Origin: an uncultured Candidatus Saccharibacteria bacterium
GTDB taxonomy: Bacteria; Patescibacteriota; Saccharimonadia; Saccharimonadales; CAYLGV01
Length of the DNA: 64,000 nucleotides
Reading direction: 5' to 3'
NCBI GenBank assembly: GCA_964394925.1
Contig: CAYMZG010000001.1
Span: 67,656 to 131,655 of the forward strand
The stretch's first letter is position 1; each line of letters starts with the position of its first letter. The position numbers and the translations under genes were made by a program. The notes beneath the pieces were generated by a model that worked only from the letters and a program-made list of their open reading frames with translations, ran no database searches and was not told the origin of the DNA. Below, in pieces: positions 26,289 through 33,402 of the stretch.

Positions 26289-27760
26289 TTGATTTCCTTA
26301 TCTAGATTAATTGTACGATTTATGCCAACTTGACGTAAGAAGTATTTGTCGTGTGAAGCAATTAACATTGCGCCTTGATAGTCCTGCAATGCAGCTTCAA
26401 TCTTTTCTCTGGTAGGCAAGTCTAAGTGATTAGTTGGCTCATCAAGAATCAAAAGATTATTTTGCGATAGTAATAGTTTTGCAAAACTAAGCTTAGCTTG
26501 CTGCCCTCGTGACAGCTCACCTGGCTTCTTTCTAAGGTCTTTTTCGTCTAGCCCTAGACTTCTGGCTTCACGGTAAATAGCTGTGGAACTTGACCCTGTA
26601 GTATCAAGGTTTTCAAAATTACTCAGGCTATAATCCAGTCCATTTACATCTTGGGAAAAGTAGCCGTACTTTATATTTTGTCCTAGCTCAATGTTCCCGC
26701 TATCTGGTGCAAGCAATCCAGCAGCGATTTTTAGTAGCGTAGTTTTGCCACTGCCATTAGTGCCTTGAATATGCAGCCTTTCCGTACCTCGTATTTCAAA
26801 GTCAGTATATGTAAGGGTTCGTTTATAGTATGCTTTCCTGACATTTTCAGCCCTTACGATCAGCTTAGTTGGCGGAACACTCCCAGCAAGTGTAACTTTG
26901 TAGTTTTTGCTGGACTCTGGCTTTTCAACTTCCTCTAGTTGCTCAAGCCGACCTTGCAGCATTTTGGCATTTTGACCGAACTTAACAGTTAAACGATTTT
27001 TGAAATAGTCCCGTTGTGCCTTGTCATTATCGGGGCGTTTTATGTTCTTGTGGATATGCTGGCTCTTATCGCTCTGAGCTTTAATAGCTTTTTCTAACCG
27101 CTTACGTTCCTCAATGTTACCTTCGTATTTTTCAAGCTCGGTTTGATATTCAGTTTCCTTTTGCTGTTTGTAAAAATCGTAATCACCGCCGTATTGCTTG
27201 AGCTTGCCTTTATGCAGTTCGGCAATACTTGTGGCAACTTTGTTAATGAAGGTTCTGTCGTGGCTGACGAGTACAATACCGCCCTTAAAGTTCTTGACGA
27301 ATTGCTCTAACCACAACAGACCGTCAACATCCAGATTGTTGGTAGGCTCATCAAGCAGTAGCACAGTAGGTTCTGGGTCGCTCGCAAGTACTTTTGCAAG
27401 TGCCAGGCGTGTTTTCTGACCACCACTTAAACTAGAAATGGCTCTGGTTTTTGGGACGCTTTCAAGCCCGACTAGACTTAATGCGTAGTCTATTTTCCAG
27501 TCCTCATACTTATCAAAGCTATCTTGAATAGTACCCACTGCTTCGGCTTCCTGTGGGACATAACCAATGACTTCGTGATGTAAGGCAACACTGCCACTGT
27601 CTGGCTTTAGCTGACCAAGAATTATTTTAAGTAAGGTTGTCTTGCCAGCACCATTTTCGCCAATAAGAGCAATGACCTCGCCAGGGTTAACCGACAGGCT
27701 TACATCTTCAAGTACAGGCTTATCTCTGTACGATTTGTGTATGTGTTGCAGGGCAAACAT
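26285..27760 (-). CDS. ABC-F family ATPase (two ABC domains, no TMD); possible ribosome-protection/ARE type
   Basis: Two Walker A motifs (GENGAGKTT, GTNGSGKTT), two signature motifs (LSGGQKTRL, LSRGQQAKL) and a charged inter-domain linker. Confidence 0.85.
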   Translation of the reverse strand: MFALQHIHKSYRDKPVLEDVSLSVNPGEVIALIGENGAGKTTLLKIILGQLKPDSGSVALHHEVIGYVPQEAEAVGTIQDSFDKYEDWKIDYALSLVGLESVPKTRAISSLSGGQKTRLALAKVLASDPEPTVLLLDEPTNNLDVDGLLWLEQFVKNFKGGIVLVSHDRTFINKVATSIAELHKGKLKQYGGDYDFYKQQKETEYQTELEKYEGNIEERKRLEKAIKAQSDKSQHIHKNIKRPDNDKAQRDYFKNRLTVKFGQNAKMLQGRLEQLEEVEKPESSKNYKVTLAGSVPPTKLIVRAENVRKAYYKRTLTYTDFEIRGTERLHIQGTNGSGKTTLLKIAAGLLAPDSGNIELGQNIKYGYFSQDVNGLDYSLSNFENLDTTGSSSTAIYREARSLGLDEKDLRKKPGELSRGQQAKLSFAKLLLSQNNLLILDEPTNHLDLPTREKIEAALQDYQGAMLIASHDKYFLRQVGINRTINLDKEIK

Positions 27761-27772
27761 ATAAACTCCTAA

Positions 27773-27972
27773 CTAAAAAACCGAGCGTGTTTGACGTATA
27801 TCGCCACACAACTGCTCGGTTTCTCAAAAGGGTTTAACTGATAGAATTACAATCAAATAGCAAAGCTACACAAAGCTGTGTGAACGACTTTAGCGGTTGA
27901 TTGTTACTATCATAAGTATGTTTAACTCCTTTAGTACATATAAACATTAACACTATAATCTCAATGTGTCAA
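27773..27972 (-). promoter_or_regulatory. ABC-F leader: promoter, 7-codon leader ORF and terminator-type attenuator
   Basis: TTGACA-17-TAATGT (27972-27944). AAGGAG followed by ATG ATA GTA ACA ATC AAC CGC TAA (27913-27890). Hairpin AACCGAGC...GCTCGGTT plus T6 (27822-27773), then AGGAG and the ABC-F ATG. Confidence 0.55.
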
Positions 27973-27984
27973 ATACTTTTATAC

Positions 27985-28142
27985 GTGCTGATGAAGCCCA
28001 AAAATCTAAGCTTCTTGGCTTCCTACTTTCTAACTTGCAACTTAACGGCAAAAAGCTCACATTTAGCGTAAATTACCCCTATAACGAGCTTACCCAATTA
28101 AACAGAAAAGCGCCCGAAGGCGCTAAAAATGCAGTTTGGTGC
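27985..28142 (+). pseudogene. Duplicated rec2 3' fragment (IR-B right arm) fused to the tRNA-Gly 3' end
   Basis: Encodes ADEAQKSKLLGF...NAVWC, identical to rec2 residues, and ends in the core. The track ORF 27966-28148 is this fragment. Confidence 0.8.
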
Positions 28143-28212
28143 GGGTGACGAGACTCAAACTCGTGGCCTCTTCCTTGGCAAGGAAGCGCTCTATCAACTG
28201 AGCTACACCCGC
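28137..28212 (-). tRNA. tRNA-Gly(GCC), CCA encoded
   Basis: Cloverleaf read by eye: GCGGGTG/CACCCGC acceptor and anticodon loop TTGCCAA. The D-loop is AGTTGATA and the T-loop TTTGAGT (apparent A19:U56 covariation). Confidence 0.85.
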
Positions 28213-28347
28213 TTAACAGGTGAGGATTATAGCTATTTTGACCCGATGAATCAAGTTTACATTTGTCCAGTATTAGGAATAGTATGCGATTCAAAGAAGC
28301 AATAGGATAGCATCCTCTATTACGTTATAATAGTGGCGGCATAAAAT

Positions 28348-28422
28348 GGCGCGTTGGCCGAGGAGTTTAGGCACAGCTCTGCAAAAGCTGGGACACCGGT
28401 GCGAATCCGGTACGCGCCTCCA
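28348..28422 (+). tRNA. tRNA-Cys(GCA), CCA encoded
   Basis: Acceptor GGCGCGT/ACGCGCC, anticodon loop CTGCAAA, T arm ACCGG-TGCGAAT-CCGGT. Confidence 0.8.
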
Positions 28423-28423
28423 T

Positions 28424-28867
28424 TTATGACTTATACCAGCCGAACTGTTTAGCCGTATGACGCTTATGGCAATTTGCACACAATACACGGCACTTTGCTA
28501 ACTCTTCAAGAATTATTGCCCAACTATGGCCTAGTTTTACAGCTTGAGAAATACTAAAAAATTTTGAACTTGGGTCTATATGATCCATTTCAAGTACAAC
28601 TAAATCCGATTCACCGCAAATAGCACAAGCCTTGTCTTCCAAGTACTCAAGCATATTCACACGATACTCCCTCTTTGCCTTGGTGCGTCTTATCCTGGCG
28701 CGCGCTCGATAAGCATCACCATATTTCTCGTAGTGGTGTTTGTGGTATGTCTTTCGATGTTCTCTATAGCAAGCTTTGCACTGAGCATGAAACTTTCCTA
28801 GCCTCCTATCTTTGAAGAAGAAGTCGCTCTTGCTTTTAACTTTCGTGCACTTGGAGCATTTTTTCAT
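28424..28867 (-). CDS. HNH endonuclease
   Basis: N-terminal Cys clusters (CSKC...CKAC) and an HNH core CAICGESDLVVLEMDHIDP...LCANCHKRH. The stop is 2 nt from the tRNA-Cys 3' end. Confidence 0.8.
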   Translation of the reverse strand: MKKCSKCTKVKSKSDFFFKDRRLGKFHAQCKACYREHRKTYHKHHYEKYGDAYRARARIRRTKAKREYRVNMLEYLEDKACAICGESDLVVLEMDHIDPSSKFFSISQAVKLGHSWAIILEELAKCRVLCANCHKRHTAKQFGWYKS

Positions 28868-28976
28868 ATACTGATTATAATCTGAGTTATAGCTGTAAGA
28901 TATTGTATTTTTTAATCGTGTCTGTGGTATGGTAAAAATACCACTGTTAGCGAGCGAGGCATTAGGAAAGAATTAT

Positions 28977-29798
28977 ATGAACAAACCCACTATTGGTATT
29001 GAAATAGAGCTTCCTTGGCGCTATATGCTGGAGCGCGTCGACCCTGAGGCGGGCGAGATAATGGCTGGCGGCAATGGATTCTATACGCTTTCCGCCGAAG
29101 AACAAGCACGTGTACAGCAGGGCTTTGAAGCTGTCGACACAGAGTACAAAGAACGCATTAACGATGTGTTCGGAGAAGACATTGCCAAAGGGAACGATGG
29201 CTTTGCAGAATTTGCCCTGCGTCCAAAGGCAGAGTCCGAGGAGCTCGTACAAGTAACGGCCGGCCTGTTTGAAGAAGGCATTTTGCGTGATGATGAACTT
29301 TATTCCCTGCACATTACCCTCGGTAATGTAGCGTGTAACAGATCAGCATGGTTAGCGATTATGGCCACAGAACTTTCCGGCGGCACCACGCCAGACAGAA
29401 TAAAGCAGCGTGGCACCTGGGAACGAAAAGGTCATGCTGGCATTATGCGACGCTTTCCCCACGAGATGGCTCTTGGTGCCAGGCAAGGCTTTGAAATGCG
29501 CACACTTGCCTTGCATGGGTTACAGGGGCTCGAGCAAACGCTTCGAGTTGCGCAGGATACTGGTCACCTACTTGCTAAACGCGATGGCAACAACAAAGAA
29601 GCCCGCGATTCGCTGCGCGATCTCTACCGACACCTTATTGCCGGCACACAAGAAAAAGGCGTAGATGCGACGACCCGTTGGGCCAACCCCAGTAAAGACA
29701 TCACACCATGGTCACAAATAAGTGCTGCCCTTGAAGATCCTGTGTGGCAGAAAAGAATGGAAGCAGGTGTTCTAGACATACTTAGCGATGTAACTTGA
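28977..29798 (+). CDS. Hypothetical protein, possibly amidoligase/GCS2-like
   Basis: The N-terminal IGIEIELPW strand and FAEFALRP/HITLG motifs are reminiscent of glutamine-synthetase-fold amidoligases (weak). The ATG at 28977 is preferred. Confidence 0.4.
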   Translation: MNKPTIGIEIELPWRYMLERVDPEAGEIMAGGNGFYTLSAEEQARVQQGFEAVDTEYKERINDVFGEDIAKGNDGFAEFALRPKAESEELVQVTAGLFEEGILRDDELYSLHITLGNVACNRSAWLAIMATELSGGTTPDRIKQRGTWERKGHAGIMRRFPHEMALGARQGFEMRTLALHGLQGLEQTLRVAQDTGHLLAKRDGNNKEARDSLRDLYRHLIAGTQEKGVDATTRWANPSKDITPWSQISAALEDPVWQKRMEAGVLDILSDVT

Positions 29799-29928
29799 CC
29801 ATATCAATGGAGACAGATACGATAATCGCATAGAGAACTTACGGATTCTCTGCCCCAACTGTCATAGCTTGCAGCCAACCCACCGTGGTCGTAATAAAAA
29901 AGCAAGATTGATAAAGTTGACAAAATAG
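29794..29928 (+). pseudogene. HNH endonuclease C-terminal remnant
   Basis: A frame without a start codon encodes LDHINGDRYDNRIENLRILCPNCHSLQPTHRGRNKK. It is bounded by an upstream TAA and ends 2 nt before tRNA-Leu. Confidence 0.7.
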
Positions 29929-29929
29929 C

Positions 29930-30014
29930 GCGCAGGTGGTGGAATAGGCAGACACGCGAGACTTAAAATTTCGTGCCGAAAGGCGTGCGGGTTCGATTCC
30001 CGCCCTGCGCACCA
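29930..30014 (+). tRNA. tRNA-Leu(UAA), class II, CCA encoded
   Basis: Acceptor GCGCAGG/CCTGCGC, anticodon loop CTTAAAA, long variable arm GCC-GAAA-GGC, T arm GCGGG-TTCGATT-CCCGC. Confidence 0.85.
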
Positions 30015-30047
30015 ATCTCAGAATCATTGAACTCTTACTCGGCTATA

Positions 30048-30362
30048 CTACCGATACAGAATAATCATAACCACCACAATTAGCTCTATAACCGTATACA
30101 GCGCGTACATCAGCATGATTGGCTTGAGTTTGTAGTAGTAGCCGTACAGTAACCAGACCGAATTTGAAGCAATAAAGTACACCCAGGTGTATATGGATAC
30201 ATCTTTAGAGCTCTGGTGCTGATAGATGTGTGCTGCCTGCGTCAACTCGAACAAAGGTGTTGTGATAGCAAAAAAGTATATCCAAAAGTTAAACAGTCGT
30301 TTGGTGTGTAGTTTTTTGCTTACGCGTGCTTTTGCTTTTGTTTTTGTTTTTGTTTTCGCCAT
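30048..30362 (-). CDS. SemiSWEET/PQ-loop-like small transporter
   Basis: About 104 aa with 3 TM helices. The pattern ...LTQAAHIYQHQSSKDVSIYTW...LLYG resembles PQ-loop SemiSWEETs. The ATG (MAKTKTK) at 30362 is preferred. Confidence 0.5.
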   Translation of the reverse strand: MAKTKTKTKAKARVSKKLHTKRLFNFWIYFFAITTPLFELTQAAHIYQHQSSKDVSIYTWVYFIASNSVWLLYGYYYKLKPIMLMYALYTVIELIVVVMIILYR

Positions 30363-30439
30363 AGCCCTAGTTTCGTTGAACTGAGTATTCTTAGATACTA
30401 TCAGCTCATTGTATCCATAGTTAGGCAAAATGTATATGG

Positions 30440-31246
30440 TTAAGTAGCCACGAAATGCGTGCCGATCTCGCCCCCTAATGCGCGTTCAATGGCGTTTTCG
30501 GCGCGCCCATTAGCCACCCATGTGTCTATTCCAGCTGGCATAGCAATACGTGCTGCGCCAATTTTCGTGGTCATTCCACCAGTGCCATTCTCGTGCCTTG
30601 TGCCAAGCGCCAAATGCTCAATTTCATCAATGTTCTCAATGCGACGTATAACCGAGCCAGGGTCGTTAACATCTTCGTAAACACCATCAACATCGCTGAG
30701 GATCATGAGTCGAACATTGTCACCAAACAGTGCTGAGTAACCAATCTGGGCGGCGAACAATGCCGATAACGTATCATTATCGCCAAAGGCAATTTCCTGG
30801 TGGGCAATCACATCATTCTCGTTCGCGACTGGCGTATCGCCATGCCCACAGAGAGCGTGTGTAACCCGTAGCACTTCGTCTCGCTCAGAATCTAGTTCAA
30901 GCTCATGACGTGTTAGCAATAGCTCGCCAATGTGCGAGGGCTGCAATGCTTCACCCCAGCTATTTAGAACAAGCCGCCAGCCGATACTGGCCAAACGCTG
31001 CAATTCGGGCATTTCGGTGTCTTTGGAAGGCCTCGATTGCAGGCCGGTCTCCACCATTCCTGCGGTAATTGCCGCCGAGGACACAATCACCACGTGCCGT
31101 CCCTGCTCTTTTAGGGCCAGCACTTGCCTGCCAATACGCTCAAACGAATCAGTATCGAGCCGCTCTGAACCATCTGCCTGTTTTTCAATAAGTGTATTCG
31201 TGCCTACTTTTAGCACCAACACGTCATTAATTGCCTCAATCATCAT
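30440..31246 (-). CDS. proB: Glutamate 5-kinase (amino-acid kinase family, no PUA domain)
   Basis: VLKVGTNTL, VIVSSAAITAGM, NENDVIA..FGDNDTLSA and GTGGMTTK. Confidence 0.8.
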   Translation of the reverse strand: MMIEAINDVLVLKVGTNTLIEKQADGSERLDTDSFERIGRQVLALKEQGRHVVIVSSAAITAGMVETGLQSRPSKDTEMPELQRLASIGWRLVLNSWGEALQPSHIGELLLTRHELELDSERDEVLRVTHALCGHGDTPVANENDVIAHQEIAFGDNDTLSALFAAQIGYSALFGDNVRLMILSDVDGVYEDVNDPGSVIRRIENIDEIEHLALGTRHENGTGGMTTKIGAARIAMPAGIDTWVANGRAENAIERALGGEIGTHFVAT

Positions 31247-31512
31247 GTCTCCAATACGCCGCAGACGCTTTTGGGCATCAAAAAGCCCCTTTGTCGGGAC
31301 TGTCTGTGCGTTGTTGTTTAGTTATTGCTATCAGGCCCCGACTGTCATAGTGGTCGCGGCAGTGGTAGAACCGAAGCTGTAGTCTGATAACGATATTTCA
31401 TGAAAATGATTCTAAACTTATTATAGGATATGTCAATTCATGCCATCGCTGTGATGCTTTTATTTCACGTACATCATCCCTGCACAACCATATATTTGCT
31501 ATCATTGAATGA

Positions 31513-31950
31513 GTGAAAGTTACTTATGACACTACTGTGCTAGGATTGGGCAACCACGCCGCCATTGAGATCCCAGATGAACAGCTTGCAAAGCTTGGCG
31601 GCAATAAGCGTGCACCTCTTAAAGTCACTATCAACAACTATACGTACCAGAGCACTGCCACTGGCATGGACGGTACATGCCTAGTGGTGTTCCCTGCAAA
31701 AGACCGAGAAGCCTCGAACACTAAGGCTGGTGATCGATTAACTGTCACGCTCGAATTAGATGATAGCTACCGTGAAGTCAACATGCCCGCAGAACTTACT
31801 AAGGCACTCATTCAAGCAAGCCTAAGCGAAGTTTTTCACGATCTAACCTATTCCAAACGTAAAGAGTATGCCCGCCAGGTAAGTGATGCCAAGGCCGAAG
31901 ATACCAAGCAGCGACGCATCACAAAAATTATTGAGGAGCTAACAATATGA
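31513..31950 (+). CDS. DUF1905 / YdeI-like protein
   Basis: GTG start. A DUF1905-like beta domain, then LTYSKRKEYARQVSDAKAEDTKQRRI, typical of the YdeI C-terminus. Confidence 0.6.
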   Translation: MKVTYDTTVLGLGNHAAIEIPDEQLAKLGGNKRAPLKVTINNYTYQSTATGMDGTCLVVFPAKDREASNTKAGDRLTVTLELDDSYREVNMPAELTKALIQASLSEVFHDLTYSKRKEYARQVSDAKAEDTKQRRITKIIEELTI

Positions 31951-32357
31951 ACGATCAAAATCACTATCGCATCAGCGTAAAAGGTATCGTTATCGATAAA
32001 GCGGGTCGTTTTTTACTCGCCAAAGAAGAAGATGGTCAGTGGGAGCTGCTTGGTGGCGGGCTTCATCACAACGAAGAACCCATTGATGGCCTGAAACGTG
32101 AAGTGATGGAAGAAGCAGGCCTGGAAGTCACGTACGTCTCACCAACTCCAAAGTACTTTTATACCTTTCCAAAAGTTGGTCATGAAGGACACGCTGCAAA
32201 TGTGGTCTATGAAATGAATCTTAAAAATTTAGACTTTACGCCATCAGAAGAATGCATTGAGTTACGTTTCTTCACGGTGGAAGAGGCACATAGAACTAAT
32301 CCTTCAATAAGAACTGCGAAATTCTTAGACCTCTTCGACCCTTCGCTCCACAAATAA
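31947..32357 (+). CDS. NUDIX hydrolase
   Basis: Nudix box GGGLHHNEEPIDGLKREVMEEAGLEV. 4-nt overlap with the upstream gene. Confidence 0.85.
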   Translation: MNDQNHYRISVKGIVIDKAGRFLLAKEEDGQWELLGGGLHHNEEPIDGLKREVMEEAGLEVTYVSPTPKYFYTFPKVGHEGHAANVVYEMNLKNLDFTPSEECIELRFFTVEEAHRTNPSIRTAKFLDLFDPSLHK

Positions 32358-32397
32358 ATAGCACCGCCATACGACGGTGCTATTTGGAGGCACGGAA

Positions 32398-32589
32398 CTA
32401 CTTGCTCCAGCCAAAAGCCTGGCTCAATATCCACAGCGTTGCAGCAATAGATATGAAGAACAGGCCGAGACCTACGGGACTACCCCAGCTGAACCATGAA
32501 CCCCATGATCGCCAATGCTTCAGGTGTTCATCGTAGCTCCAGCCGTATTCCTTTTTGAGGTCTTCGGGGGTTTTGCCTTGATGTTTCAT
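32398..32589 (-). CDS. Small membrane protein (63 aa)
   Basis: ORF with a C-terminal TM helix; Trp-rich. Confidence 0.4.
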   Translation of the reverse strand: MKHQGKTPEDLKKEYGWSYDEHLKHWRSWGSWFSWGSPVGLGLFFISIAATLWILSQAFGWSK

Positions 32590-32821
32590 AAGCTTCCCTT
32601 GTTAATTAATGAGTGTTCGCACCTCGAGGCTTCGACTAGTGGCCTAACGAAACGCGAACCAACTCATTCATCAGTGATCCTATATGTCTGTTCATGTTGT
32701 TCGCCGAATGAGTGACGCATGAATTGTAACGACGATCACGCTTCTCATATTTAATCATAAAGTTCTAAAACATAGTAATCCCATAATTGCTATTATGTAT
32801 GATTAGTTGTATAATATATTC

Positions 32822-33283
32822 ATGCATGAAGCGTTGCCTGGGCAGCTCTATTTGCCCGATGATCAATTTGGTATGTTCAAACAGTTTGTGTTTAAACGCT
32901 ATGGTATGAGCGTACCTGAAATTACAAATGTTGAGACAGAGCCAGCCTTTGATATTGTGCGAAACGCCTTAATCGGAACGTATATTCACCGGAAACATTT
33001 ATCATTTGTTGCCTGGGATTATGATTCGGACGGCAACCTAACAACGGGGTTGATTGTTGATCGAAAGTCCGATGGCGAAGAGGCATTTTACCAACTAGCA
33101 CGACATAGCGCCGAACGTGTTGTTGATGGTTTACGATCTGATTATTATGACCAAGCAGCAAACATTACCATCGAAGTACCACGTATGCCAAGCCTGCTAA
33201 CAAAATTGCGCAGGCTGTCAGGCACGAACAAATCTATTACCGTTATCTCTCACCAGCCACATATGGCCGATGAAACCGTCTAA
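32822..33283 (+). CDS. Hypothetical protein
   Basis: The ATG at 32822 lies 6 nt after a TATAAT box (32810-32815), suggesting a leaderless mRNA. Confidence 0.5.
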   Translation: MHEALPGQLYLPDDQFGMFKQFVFKRYGMSVPEITNVETEPAFDIVRNALIGTYIHRKHLSFVAWDYDSDGNLTTGLIVDRKSDGEEAFYQLARHSAERVVDGLRSDYYDQAANITIEVPRMPSLLTKLRRLSGTNKSITVISHQPHMADETV

Positions 33284-33402
33284 CATCGCACAAGATAATA
33301 TGATTCCCAAATAACCCCGCTTATGTTATAGTATTAGCTAATAGTTAACGTTTGGGCGCTATTACATGAGAGCGCCTTTTTAATTTCAAACATCGAGAAC
33401 AT

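Larger units (their letters stand above)
12397..28142. mobile_element. Composite integrative island abutting the 3' end of tRNA-Gly(GCC)
   Basis: Two serine recombinases and AT-rich accessory cargo. The right junction falls exactly in the tRNA-Gly acceptor/CCA end. The left boundary is uncertain and could lie further left. Confidence 0.6.

Noticed and set aside
27966-28148. 60-aa ORF MSNTFIRADEAQKSK... as a genuine gene
   Set aside because: It is an exact inverted duplicate of the rec2 3' region, ending in the tRNA. It is treated as a recombination-derived fragment.
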